DNA from: Nibricoccus sp.
GTDB taxonomy: Bacteria > Verrucomicrobiota > Verrucomicrobiia > Opitutales > Opitutaceae
Direction of reading: 5' to 3'
Assembly: GCA_047602425.1 (NCBI GenBank)
Contig: JASGHG010000001.1
Span: 4,992,001-5,056,000, forward strand
Length of the DNA: 64,000 nucleotides
This document shows positions 9,757 to 23,505 of the stretch, piece after piece (position 1 is the first letter of the stretch; the number at the start of each line of letters is the position of its first letter). The notes under the pieces are model-generated. The model did no database searches. It was not told the DNA's origin and saw nothing but the letters and a program-made list of their open reading frames with translations. The translations under genes and the position numbers were made by a program.

Positions 9757-11445
9757 ATGGCCTTCATGCGTTACCTTCCTGCGCTTGCCGCGCATTCGCA
9801 CTGCCGCACGTGCTTCGGCTGCGTCCGCTTTAACTTCGCGGTTTTCGCCACCACAATTGTGTTTCTTTTTGCTGGTTGTGGAGGCGACGATGGCGGCAAT
9901 AAATCGGCCGGGGCCTCACCCTCCCCTTTGGCCAACGCTCCGGTCATCACCGCCCATCCGGCAAACCAGACGGTCACGACCGGACAGACTGCGACATTTT
10001 CGGTCACTGCGAGCGGTACCAATCTGCAATATCAGTGGCGGCGCAATGGCTCCAATATCAGCGGTGCCACAAGTTCTTCCTACCAACTTGCCACCACCAA
10101 CGTCGATAACGGCGCGACCTTCTCCGCTGTCGTCTCCAATGCCTATGGCAGCGTCGCCTCAAACCCGGCCACACTTATCGTCAATGCCACCGGGGGCCCC
10201 GACGCCGCCTTCACGCAAAACCCTGTCGATGCCACGGTCACGGTTGGCCAGATTGCGACCTTCTCCGTCGCGGTGACCGGCTCTCCCACTCCCGCCCTTA
10301 TTTGGCAGCGTTCAACGAATGGCACCACATGGACCACCATCGCGGGTGCGACCGGCACGACTTACTCGTTAACGACGCAGAAATCCGACGACAGCGCGCT
10401 CTTCCGCGCCGTCGCCACCAATATGACCAAGACCGCCACCAGCGCCGCCGCGATGCTTTTTGTTTATCCGGCCACGGGAAACCCCGATGGCCACTTCGCC
10501 GTTCCTGCGGCGGCCCGGGCCGAAGATGTTTCCACGCCCGATCGCGTCGTCGGCAACGGCACGCCCGAAAGTTGCACCGCCGAAGCCTTCATCTCTGCCG
10601 TCGCGCAAGGCGGCAAGATCACTTTCAACGGCGGAACCAAACCATTCACCATCGTCCTTACGCGCCCAGCCAAGGTATTCAACAACAAGCCCAACATCGT
10701 CATCGACGGCGGTGGACTGGTCACACTCAGCGGCGGCGGCACCACGCGTATTTTGTACATGAATACGTGCGATCCCGATCAAGTCTGGACCACCAACCAC
10801 TGTCAGGATCAGGCCACGCCGACGCTCACGGTGCAAAATCTCACCTTCATCGATGGTAATTCGATCGCCGACACGACTTACGACGGCGGCGGAGCAATCT
10901 GGGTGCGCGGCGGTCGCTTCAAGATCGTGAACTGCCGTTTCCTCGCCAACGTTTGCGCCGGCACTGGACCCGATGTTGGCGGCGCAGCGGTTCGCGTGTT
11001 CAGCCAGTACCAAAACCAGCCCGTATACGTCGTGAACAGCACCTTTGGCGGTTCGACGACCTATGCCAACATTGGCTCCAATGGCGGCGGCGTCAGCAGC
11101 ATCGGCGTCAACTGGGCGATCTACAATTGCCTCTTCTCCTACAACCGCTGCACGGGCAATGGCGCCAACCCCGCGCAACCCGGCACGCCCGGCGGTGGTA
11201 GCGGTGGCGCGATCTATATGGACGGAAATTCGCTGACGCTCTCGGTCTATGGCACGCTGATCGAAAACAACCAGGTGAACGCGCACGGCTCCGCGATTTT
11301 CTTCATTTGCAATGACCACATTGGGACACTGCACATCGAGGATTCCACGATCCGCAACAACACCGGCGGCTCCTGGTATGCCCTTCCCGGCATTTCCATG
11401 CATAGCGACACCCGACAGGAGATCATCAATTCGGTGCTGCAATAG
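9757..11445 (+). CDS. Putative lipoprotein with two Ig-like domains and a right-handed beta-helix domain
   Basis: FLFAGC lipobox-like site; two Ig I-set-like repeats (QTATFSVTASG..LQYQW; QIATFSVAVTG..LIWQ); GGAI repeats. Start codon uncertain. Confidence 0.8.
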   Translation: MAFMRYLPALAAHSHCRTCFGCVRFNFAVFATTIVFLFAGCGGDDGGNKSAGASPSPLANAPVITAHPANQTVTTGQTATFSVTASGTNLQYQWRRNGSNISGATSSSYQLATTNVDNGATFSAVVSNAYGSVASNPATLIVNATGGPDAAFTQNPVDATVTVGQIATFSVAVTGSPTPALIWQRSTNGTTWTTIAGATGTTYSLTTQKSDDSALFRAVATNMTKTATSAAAMLFVYPATGNPDGHFAVPAAARAEDVSTPDRVVGNGTPESCTAEAFISAVAQGGKITFNGGTKPFTIVLTRPAKVFNNKPNIVIDGGGLVTLSGGGTTRILYMNTCDPDQVWTTNHCQDQATPTLTVQNLTFIDGNSIADTTYDGGGAIWVRGGRFKIVNCRFLANVCAGTGPDVGGAAVRVFSQYQNQPVYVVNSTFGGSTTYANIGSNGGGVSSIGVNWAIYNCLFSYNRCTGNGANPAQPGTPGGGSGGAIYMDGNSLTLSVYGTLIENNQVNAHGSAIFFICNDHIGTLHIEDSTIRNNTGGSWYALPGISMHSDTRQEIINSVLQ

Positions 11446-11497
11446 CGAGTAACCGCGATACTCGACACCTAAGCCAGCAGTGCTCGACGATCGCGTA

Positions 11498-11667
11498 CTA
11501 GAGCGTTTCTAAAAATGTCATAGCCGCACAACTCCGGCTGTAGGGGCGCAGTCTTGCTGCGCCCGGTTTGGCTTTGCCACAGAAAGGGCGCAGCAAGACT
11601 GCGCCCTTACGAAGACAGCTCGGCTCATAACCGATTTACGGCTATAGTTTTATTGTATGTGCTCTAG
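11498..11667. mobile_element. MITE-like element with CTAGAGC...GCTCTAG ends enclosing a GTAG-type REP doublet
   Basis: Terminal inverted CTAGAGC and subterminal ATAGCCG/CGGCTAT; internal inverted palindromes at 11540-11564 and 11586-11610. Confidence 0.65.
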
Positions 11668-11804
11668 CGATTTGTTTTTGTTCGTTAGCGTCAAAGCTCC
11701 GAGCGGAGTCGCACGTATGCTTCGCGAGGCGCAGCAGGAATAAAAATAGGGCGCGGAAGTAAAGGTGGCGTTCGGCCCCTAACATTTCCTCTCTGCAATT
11801 CCGA

Positions 11805-11873
11805 TGGAGGGCGACGCACTGTCGTCGCCGGTTCGAATCGGTAGGCACGGCGACGACAGCGCGTCGCCCTCCA
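11805..11873. repeat. GGAG-type REP doublet
   Basis: TGGAGGGCGACGCACTGTCGTCGCCG ... CGGCGACGACAGCGCGTCGCCCTCCA; a single related arm occurs at 20000-20025. Confidence 0.8.
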
Positions 11874-11980
11874 CCTATTGAAATCCCAGCGGATTGACTT
11901 GCCGTATACGTCCCCCCAATCCGGACGGCTCCGCGGGGATGCCTCGCCCTACCGGGCAAATTGAACCTGATTTATCGCGC

Positions 11981-15946
<3,966 letters not shown>

Positions 15947-16253
15947 GGGGTAGACCGTTGCTATATCGGACTGACAACCAAATTTTTAAGAACTCCTTCG
16001 CGGGAAGATTGACGAACCTTTCTTTGAGCAGCAAGTCGGAAGCCAAATTCGCGACAAATCTCCCGCTTTCAATCAGACCAGCTTCCTTCTCGACCGCGAA
16101 TGCCGCCACGGATTTGCAATTACCGAACCAACCCGCCCGACACCGAAGTTATCTGCTCAACGAAAACGTTCCTGGCCAGCTTAAACGTCGTTCCCGACAT
16201 AGCGCGTTACGTATTTTCGCGTGATCCAAACCTCCCGGAACGCACCAAAGCCC

Positions 16254-16871
16254 TTACTCGTCGAGTTCCACGTTCCAGTACGCCAGATCGAGAAAATCCT
16301 TCCACATTTCGCGGTGTTGCGTGCCCAGCACGAGACTGATCACCGGCCGCCATTTCGGTCGAACCGGTTTGCGGATCAAACGCATTCCGGCCTCGTGCGG
16401 CAGACGGTTGGCCTTTTTCGTATTACACTTCACGCAGGAACAAACGATATTTTCCCACGTCGTGCGCCCGCCATCGTGGCGCGGAATAACGTGATCGAGG
16501 TTCAACTCCTCGCGGGGATAAACCCGCGCACAGTATTGGCACTGGTTTTTATCGCGCTCGAAGACGTTGTTGCGCGTCAGCTTCAATTCCTTGCAGGGCA
16601 ACTTGTCGAAAAACGAGAGCAGAATCACCCGCGGCAAACGGATCGTGCGCGTCGGCGTATGCACGGTTTCGACGGCGGTGATGGGCGGATTGCTTTGTGA
16701 AAAATCGATCCAGTCCATCATCGAGAAGACACGAAAATCCTCATCGTGATGATGAACGACATGGGCATGGCCACGCGCGAGTAAACCAAAGGCGCGTTTC
16801 GCGCCGATGACGTTCACCGCCTGCCAAAGGCGGTTTAAGACGAGCACCGGTTGATCGAGAGCTGCATCCAT
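16254..16871 (-). CDS. HNH endonuclease (McrA-like, VLVLN N-terminus)
   Basis: RDKNQCQYC, LDHVIP and WENIVCSCVKCN motifs. Confidence 0.92.
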   Translation of the reverse strand: MDAALDQPVLVLNRLWQAVNVIGAKRAFGLLARGHAHVVHHHDEDFRVFSMMDWIDFSQSNPPITAVETVHTPTRTIRLPRVILLSFFDKLPCKELKLTRNNVFERDKNQCQYCARVYPREELNLDHVIPRHDGGRTTWENIVCSCVKCNTKKANRLPHEAGMRLIRKPVRPKWRPVISLVLGTQHREMWKDFLDLAYWNVELDE

Positions 16872-17102
16872 GACGGGTTCCCTGCGTAAAGTCGCACCTC
16901 GCAACTGTCAAGCTGCGCAATGCAATAAACGTGCAACGCGGGTCTGGCGCAAGTGCGCTTCCACAACCGCCCTCGACCACATTTGGTGCGCAAATCTCCA
17001 CTGTAAAAAATCTCCAGCTTTCGCTGCCAATCGCTCACTTGCACATTTATTTCCACGAAGAACTTGTCCGTATCCACAATTTGGGCACATTGGCCCCGTT
17101 CT

Positions 17103-17260
17103 TTCGCCGAAGTCGCTGCTCCTTCCTGAGCAGTGACACGGGGGACCCAACATCCCAGGCCTAAAAAACCGGGGACGGGGCGCACGGAACGGGTAACCGT
17201 TGCCGGGGGCACTTCCAAGCCCAAGCCCGACAGCTAACCTCGCAGGCATTTGGAAGGGTG
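17103..17260 (+). promoter_or_regulatory. Cyclic di-AMP (ydaO-yuaA) riboswitch
   Basis: Hallmark blocks GCCGAA, GGGGGACCCA, GGGGCG and CCCGACAGCTAACCTCGCAGGC; CTTCCAA can pair with TTGGAAG; a YdaO/KimA-like transporter lies downstream. Confidence 0.9.
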
Positions 17261-17472
17261 ATCCACTGGGTCCGTCGAGTGACGGCGCCCAAGGTCTCCC
17301 CAGTTCAACCGCGCATGCTCGCGGAGATGGGAAACCGCCTCCGCCGCAGACGTAAAATTCGGAGACTTCAATCCATGACATCGACGTGCCCAACGTCCTT
17401 CCGTGTCGCGAACCCGTTCGCGCACCTTCTACGCGTGCAGATAACCACCGGCCATCCACAAACCGCACGCTC

Positions 17473-17903
17473 ATGAAAATCTACCAACACACCCAGTCTG
17501 GCCGACAAATTGCCGTGTCCATGATCAGCATGGCCGTGATCGGAACCTTCGTAGCCGCACGTTTCCCCCACCCTGCCCTCTTCGTCACGGTGCCGATCTT
17601 GCTCCTCAATGCATGGCTCTTCAGTTCGCTCACCATCGCCATCGCGGACGGCGAACTGCGCTGGCACTTCGGCCCCGGATTGTTTCGGAAAAAATCATGC
17701 TGGCCGACATCACCTCAGTGAAAGCCATCCAGACTTCGTTTCTCGATGGCTGGGGCATTCATTTCACCCGCCATGGTTGGCTCTATAATATCGCCGGTCG
17801 CGATGCCGTCGCGTTCACGCTGAAAAACGGCAAACGCCTCGCGCTCGGTTCCGACGAAGCGGAAAATCTCGCCGCGCAAATCGCGTCGTCGCTCCGCAAC
17901 TAA
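17473..17903 (+). pseudogene. Small 2-TM plus PH-like domain protein split by a one-base frameshift in an A6 run
   Basis: The first frame (MKIYQHTQ...GPGLFRKK) continues in another frame as IMLADITSV...GWGIH...WLYN...ALGSDEAENL. Seven A at 17689-17694 would fuse the two frames. Confidence 0.75.
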
Positions 17904-17972
17904 TCCGTCCACGCAAAATTTAACCGCCTTCCCGGCCGCGTGCTCACACGGACCGCCTGGCTTATATCATCT

Positions 17973-19976
17973 ATGTCGCTCAAGACTCTTCTGGTCGGCA
18001 AAGCGCGTTCGCTCGCCGATCGCGATCTTTTCCACAAAGTCTCGCTCGTCGCCATCTTCGCCTGGGTCGGCCTTGGCGCGGACGGTCTTTCGTCTTCCTG
18101 CTACGGTCCGGAGGAAACCTTCAAGATCCTCGGTGCCACGCCGCATCTCGCGCTCTTCGTCGCGCTCGCGTCGATCACCACGATCGTCGCGATCTGCGCG
18201 AGCTACTCGCAGATCATCTCACTTTTTCCTTCGGGCGGCGGCGGCTATCTCGTCGCGAGCAAACTGCTCTCGCCCACCGCGGGCGTGGTTTCCGGCAGCG
18301 CGCTTCTGATCGACTACGTGCTCACCATCACTACGTCGGTCGCCGGCGGCGCGGACGCGCTTTTCAGTCTGCCGGCGTTTCACGACTGCCAGACCTGGAA
18401 ACTTCCTTTCGCGCTCGCCAGCGTCGGCGCCCTCACGCTCGTGAATCTGCGCGGCGTGAAGGAATCAGTTCTCCTCTGGGTTCCCGTCTTTTTCCTGTTC
18501 GTCGGCACGCACGCCTTTGTGATTTTTTACGCACTCGCGACCCACGCGTCGACTCTGCCCGCCGTCGCGCAGGCAACGGTGCACGAGGTCCACACCGCGA
18601 GCGCTCAGCTCGGCTGGTTCGGCCTGCTCGCGTTGCTCATGAAAGCCTACAGCATGGGCGCGGGCAGCTACACCGGCATCGAAGCGGTTAGCAACGGACT
18701 CCCCATTCTCCGCGAACCGCGCGCACAAACAGGTCGGCGCACGATGGTCTACATGGGCGTTTCACTGGCCCTCACGGTGGCCGGTTTGCTCATGGCGTAT
18801 CTGCTTTTCGCCGTCGCGCCGCAGGACGGAAAAACGCTGAATGCGGTATTGTTTGAAACGATGACGCGAGGCTGGGACGCAGCCACGGGTTCGACCTTCG
18901 TGTGGGTCACGCTCGCCTCCGAAGCGGTGCTGCTGCTGATCGCGGCGCAAGCCGGTTTTCTCGACGGACCGCGCGTGCTCGCGAACATGGCGCTCGACCG
19001 TTGGTTCCCCACGCGCTTCGCAAATCTCAGCGACCGCTTCGTCACACAAAACGGCATTCTTCTCATGGGCGGCGCGGCCTTCGTCATGATGGCGATCACG
19101 CGTGGTTCGATCGGTCTGCTGCTCGTGCTCTACTCGATCAACGTCTTCATCACGTTTTCCCTTTCGCAACTCGGCATGGTTAGGCACTGGTGGAAGGAAC
19201 GCGCCACCGCACCTTCGTGGAGATCCAAACTCGCGATCAACGGCTTCGGCCTCGCGCTCACGACCTTCATCCTCATTTCGCTCACCGCCGTAAAATTCTT
19301 CGAGGGCGGCTGGGCCACGCTGATCGTCACCGGCCTGCTCGTCGCCGCCGCCTTCGGCATCAAACGCCACTACCGCAACGTCGGAGAATCGCTGCGCCGT
19401 CTCGATGCGATCGTCGAGGCCGCCGATCTGTCGATCGCCAATCGTACTCCGGCCGAAACCCCGCTCGACCCCCAAGCCCGCACCGCCGTCATTCTCGTCA
19501 ACGGTTACAACGGGCTAGGCCTGCACACCTTGCTGCATGTGCCGCGGCTGTTCGGCAACACGTTCAGGAATTTTGTCTTCCTACAAGTTGGTTCGGTCGA
19601 CGCCGGCAATTTCAAAGGCGCCGACGAAATCGAACACCTGCGCTCGCACACCACGGCCCAGGCCGAGCGCTACGCCACTTGGGCGCGAGCCCACGGCTAC
19701 GGCGCCGCCACATTCACCGCCGTCGGCAATGACGTCATCGGTGAAGCGATGAAACTCGCGGAGCAAGCCGCAGAACAATTCCCCAACCGCATCTTCTTCG
19801 CCGGCCAGCTGCTCTTCGCCCGCGAAACCCGCTTCACCCGCTGGCTCCACAACCACACCGTCTTCACCCTGCAGCGCCGTTTCTTCCTCGCGAACCTGCC
19901 CTTCGTCATTCTGCCCGTGCGGCTGGAGCCCCGGCCTGTTCCGAATACAACCGAGCCACCCGCACTCATGGCCTAG
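17973..19976 (+). CDS. APC-superfamily transporter, YdaO/KimA-like K+ importer
   Basis: GADGLSSSCYGPEE, FPSGGGGY, LLIDYVLTI and TGIEAVSNG motifs; C-terminal cytoplasmic domain with LHNHT; downstream of the c-di-AMP riboswitch. Confidence 0.88.
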   Translation: MSLKTLLVGKARSLADRDLFHKVSLVAIFAWVGLGADGLSSSCYGPEETFKILGATPHLALFVALASITTIVAICASYSQIISLFPSGGGGYLVASKLLSPTAGVVSGSALLIDYVLTITTSVAGGADALFSLPAFHDCQTWKLPFALASVGALTLVNLRGVKESVLLWVPVFFLFVGTHAFVIFYALATHASTLPAVAQATVHEVHTASAQLGWFGLLALLMKAYSMGAGSYTGIEAVSNGLPILREPRAQTGRRTMVYMGVSLALTVAGLLMAYLLFAVAPQDGKTLNAVLFETMTRGWDAATGSTFVWVTLASEAVLLLIAAQAGFLDGPRVLANMALDRWFPTRFANLSDRFVTQNGILLMGGAAFVMMAITRGSIGLLLVLYSINVFITFSLSQLGMVRHWWKERATAPSWRSKLAINGFGLALTTFILISLTAVKFFEGGWATLIVTGLLVAAAFGIKRHYRNVGESLRRLDAIVEAADLSIANRTPAETPLDPQARTAVILVNGYNGLGLHTLLHVPRLFGNTFRNFVFLQVGSVDAGNFKGADEIEHLRSHTTAQAERYATWARAHGYGAATFTAVGNDVIGEAMKLAEQAAEQFPNRIFFAGQLLFARETRFTRWLHNHTVFTLQRRFFLANLPFVILPVRLEPRPVPNTTEPPALMA

Positions 19977-20036
19977 CGCTATTCCCTTGGCTCTTCCGAT
20001 GGAGGGCGACGCGCCGTTGTCGCCGTCCGCGACTCG

Positions 20037-20636
20037 TCATCGGCCGAAGAGGCTACTCGCGCTGTTATTGCCCGATGAGGACTTCTGAGCAGAGCCAGAG
20101 CTTGCCGGATTACTGGCGCCGTCTGTCTGAGTAAGACTCGGATACGTCAGCCATGATTGCACTTCCTTGGTCGAGCCTTTGCTTCGCGTAGTGAACCGAA
20201 CCAGCAAGCTGCCGCTACTATCCTTGGAAAATTCCGTTTTCGTAATGCCTTCGGACGTTTTGCCTTCGTGAAACATCGTCCAGGTTCTCTCCAAATAAAA
20301 CTTATCGGATGCACGGGCGTCTGTGTTCACCGCAACATCGCCTTCGGCCACCACACGACTGGCTGAGTCGAAAGCAGTGACGCGCCACAAGTTGTTTCGG
20401 GCGACGATGTCGATTCTGTCCACCGTGCCCTGGATTTTTGCTTTTTGAAAAGACTCATCACCCAGCAACACCCCGCCTAGACCTTGAGCGACGAGCGGGT
20501 ATTCAGAAAACGAACCAGGCTTACCGCTATAAGATCCCGATATAACGCCAGTATCCGCGTTCTTGTCGGCAGCTTGAGCCAGCGCTGCACCCAAGAACAA
20601 CAAAGCGAAGAGTCCTCTGAAAATTCGACGCTGCAT
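20037..20636 (-). CDS. Hypothetical secreted protein
   Basis: Signal peptide (ALAQA-A) and a Ser-rich tail. Confidence 0.7.
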   Translation of the reverse strand: MQRRIFRGLFALLFLGAALAQAADKNADTGVISGSYSGKPGSFSEYPLVAQGLGGVLLGDESFQKAKIQGTVDRIDIVARNNLWRVTAFDSASRVVAEGDVAVNTDARASDKFYLERTWTMFHEGKTSEGITKTEFSKDSSGSLLVRFTTRSKGSTKEVQSWLTYPSLTQTDGASNPASSGSAQKSSSGNNSASSLFGR

Positions 20637-21249
20637 AGCTCAAATCATGCAAAGGTTGCACCCAAGGTCAAACGTCCACATCCGCCCGATTATACTGCAA
20701 AACATCGGTTCGCCTCGCCAATCGTCGCGACGCGTTTGATGCCGTTGGTGGCTTCCCCAGCGACTGTTACATTTTCGAAGAAGCCGATTTCGCGAAGAAT
20801 TTGACGACAAAGGGTAATCAAACGCGGTCAAAAGTTCATCGCACACCATCACCATCCTTTTTCCGCGTTGGGAAGAAAGGGAGCGAAAAATGGATTCTGA
20901 TCTTGGCTCAAAACCGCAGTTCGGTTCTGGCTCGCCCCTCGTCACTTCTCCCGCGACAGAGCCTGCGCGGAAAATGGTGTAGCTCGAAACGTTGAACATC
21001 TGAAGTTTGTCCAAAGCCAACGCGCTCACAAAGCCAAAGTTGGACCAATAGCTATGTGATTCTGACTATCTGTCCATTCCATGATTGCCGTCGGGGCTCT
21101 TACTCTCCTGTCTTGTCGTTCCAGCCATGATAACTCCGGAGGAGCACATGCACGAAATACCCCTTCACCTTTTTCCGTTCCTGCTCTATGCCTGATGCAT
21201 TGGCCCCGCGCACTTCCGACTATAACCACTATTAAGAAGATCCGTCCTC

Positions 21250-22038
21250 ATGAATGATCTAGAAATCAAACGTAATCGCATCGAGAAGATCGTCAAAATC
21301 CTATCGCTCCTCGTCGTCGGGTTTTTCGTCGCTCCCGTCGTGTTTATCGCCATCAAGGGGCTTGTAGGTTTGATCGTCGCTGCCGCGGTTTCCCTCGTCG
21401 TGGTCAACCTTATCCCTTGGTTTTCCGCTATAGTGGCGAACTGGCGACTGAAGGCACTGAAACACGAAGCGGCAAAGAATCCAATCGAAACGCTGCAAAA
21501 TGACTATCGCAAGCGCATCGAAGCGCTTCAGGCATTTCGACAATCAATCCTAAATTCGAAGGCTGAAGTCGCCTCGTTCAGGGACAAGTTGGATGGCTTT
21601 AAAAAACAATATCCGGCAGATGCCGCCAAGTTTGACGAGCAATACCACCAGATGCTCGCGCTCCTTAAGCTACGCGGAAAAAAATATGAGGAAGCCAAAG
21701 GCAACCTCGAACGATACGACGGTGAGATCACCCGCGCCAAAGCAATCTGGGATATGGCTCAAGCCGCCGCTGCAATGAATAAGGCCGCTGGTGTCGACGC
21801 TGACGAGTTCTTCGCCAAGATTCAGGTCGAGACGGCACTGGATAGTGTGCAAAAGAATCTCAATTTGGCTTTCGCCGATTTGGAAATGAGTCTCGTAGAC
21901 GAAAAAAGCCCTGCCGGCACAAACGCTATTCCAGTCCAACCTGTCGTTGAAGCGCCCAAAACACTCGCAGATGAAAAAGCTTCACTCGATCTTGATATTG
22001 AGGTCGTCGACCCGGCGTCTCGTCCGCGCAAACTCTAA
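21250..22038 (+). CDS. Membrane-anchored coiled-coil protein, possibly PspA/IM30-like
   Basis: Two N-terminal TM helices, then KNPIETLQ and long amphipathic helices. Confidence 0.8.
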   Translation: MNDLEIKRNRIEKIVKILSLLVVGFFVAPVVFIAIKGLVGLIVAAAVSLVVVNLIPWFSAIVANWRLKALKHEAAKNPIETLQNDYRKRIEALQAFRQSILNSKAEVASFRDKLDGFKKQYPADAAKFDEQYHQMLALLKLRGKKYEEAKGNLERYDGEITRAKAIWDMAQAAAAMNKAAGVDADEFFAKIQVETALDSVQKNLNLAFADLEMSLVDEKSPAGTNAIPVQPVVEAPKTLADEKASLDLDIEVVDPASRPRKL

Positions 22039-22050
22039 TTTCACCCACCG

Positions 22051-22170
22051 ATGAAGTTTCGAATTTTTGCATCCTTATTCGTATTATTTGTGCTCTTCGT
22101 TCTCTACGCACTGTTTTCTAGCAACTCCGAAACTTCTTCGGAGCAGGCTCCGATCGTGTTCCCCCAGTAA
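22051..22170 (+). CDS. 39-aa single-TM peptide (not in the ORF track)
   Basis: MKFRIFASLFVLFVLFVLYALFSSNSETSSEQAPIVFPQ*; fills the gap between two co-oriented genes. Confidence 0.6.
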   Translation: MKFRIFASLFVLFVLFVLYALFSSNSETSSEQAPIVFPQ

Positions 22171-22199
22171 CTTTCTTTAGATCTATCAACACTCATCGT

Positions 22200-23261
22200 A
22201 TGAAAATCAAAGCTCTCGCATTCATCGCCTCGATTTTTGCTATTTCAGCATTCGCGCAAACGCCCGCACAATCCTCAAAGCCCACCTTCATCAAAGGTGA
22301 TCTAAACATCCGCTTCAATACTCGAAAAACTGAGGATGGAAAGATTAAGGAAGGCGTGTCGGATGTATACACATTGAACGTCAATGTCTCCGACAGCTCG
22401 CTTTTCCGCGGAACCATAGAACACCGCCCTACCATCCCCGGTACATTTGGCGTCGCGCAAACAGGGCAACTGACCTATGCGCTCGATTGCGACGTCATCA
22501 ATCCAGCTAACGTTTCACAGACCCGGAATGTCGGTAAACTCTTCGGAACAATTCCAGTGGACCAAAACAATGTCTATCGCTTCTCCGACGGATCGCTGCG
22601 TGTCAGCGTATTCGGCATTGGCGCTGCCAAAGGGTTTGAAAGCAAATTTTCAGGACTCGCGTTGGGCAAGCCACCCGCAAAGTCCGAAGGTATTATCGAC
22701 AGGATGAAAAAGGAAGCGCTCAACTTTCGAAATAGCAAAGGCGTTTCCATTTCCGTGAGTAAATACGACAAGATGGAATTTCAGCAGCACGTGTTGGCCT
22801 CCGGCCCTGTCCAGATTTACCCGGAAGTCACAGTCAACGGTTCCTTAATTTATGACTATGGGCGTTCCGCGTGGTTTTTCCAAAACGTCACGGTGACATA
22901 TGCTGTCGATGGCCGCCGGTTGCAGGACAGTCTGACCGGAAATATTCGCTGGGTTGAGTCAGCCAACCGACGGAGTAACGGCGAAGGCGAATATCAGTTC
23001 GATATTCGAGTGAACGAACCACCTCCGAGCGAAGCTGCAGTATTCGCCGCCCCCAGCGATGAATCGGCATTCTTTGCCACCGATGATTTAATCACCTCCC
23101 TCGTGGGAACTATGAAGTACAAAGACACCATGAGTGGAGATAGCGTTATCTCCTCGTCGGTGACAATCGGACTTACTGGTAACAAGCTCACAAAGCAGCA
23201 AACCATGTATTTATGCAAATTGCTGTTCCTGTCCGCAGTCGTTCCGCTGAACGCCGAGTAA
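22200..23261 (+). CDS. Hypothetical secreted beta-strand-rich protein
   Basis: Signal peptide (SAFA-Q); 353-aa ORF with alternating beta patterns. Confidence 0.8.
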   Translation: MKIKALAFIASIFAISAFAQTPAQSSKPTFIKGDLNIRFNTRKTEDGKIKEGVSDVYTLNVNVSDSSLFRGTIEHRPTIPGTFGVAQTGQLTYALDCDVINPANVSQTRNVGKLFGTIPVDQNNVYRFSDGSLRVSVFGIGAAKGFESKFSGLALGKPPAKSEGIIDRMKKEALNFRNSKGVSISVSKYDKMEFQQHVLASGPVQIYPEVTVNGSLIYDYGRSAWFFQNVTVTYAVDGRRLQDSLTGNIRWVESANRRSNGEGEYQFDIRVNEPPPSEAAVFAAPSDESAFFATDDLITSLVGTMKYKDTMSGDSVISSSVTIGLTGNKLTKQQTMYLCKLLFLSAVVPLNAE

Positions 23262-23280
23262 TAGCTTTGTCACTTGCGCG

Positions 23281-23316
23281 GGGCGTTGGAGAAGCAGCGC
23301 CCCGCCCTTCCTGTTT
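23281..23316 (+). terminator. Probable terminator hairpin
   Basis: GGGCGTTG-gagaag-CAGCGCCC followed by a pyrimidine-rich tract. Confidence 0.4.
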
Positions 23317-23433
23317 TCCACGATAGAGAGTAATGAGCGGAAAAAGCGCCAAGCTTTTTAGTTTTGGTCGATAGCGAAGAGTTCGTTTGCTGCGGTCTCC
23401 TTGGCCAATGCTGGGCGTTAACTTCCGTCCTCT

Positions 23434-23463
23434 ATTAGCGGCAATTAGCGTTCATTAGCGGTT
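23434..23463. repeat. 10-bp-periodic triplet repeat (ATTAGCG x3, ending GGTT)
   Basis: attagcggca attagcgttc attagcggtt. Confidence 0.8.
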
Positions 23464-23505
23464 AAAAGGACCTCCTCTCCACGATCGTATCACCAGCATA
23501 GGCAA

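Noticed and set aside
15985..16070. Imperfect inverted repeat GCGGGAAGATT...AATCTCCCGC
   Set aside because: Single, short and imperfect; cannot be distinguished from chance or a generic terminator.
16254..17100. HNH gene as a possible RNA-guided nuclease with an adjacent ncRNA
   Set aside because: It is a small stand-alone HNH with no RuvC domain. The neighbouring structured RNA is explained as a c-di-AMP riboswitch on the opposite strand.
20640..21249. Short ORFs or an ncRNA in the 600-bp gap
   Set aside because: No convincing coding signal or recognisable RNA motif by eye.
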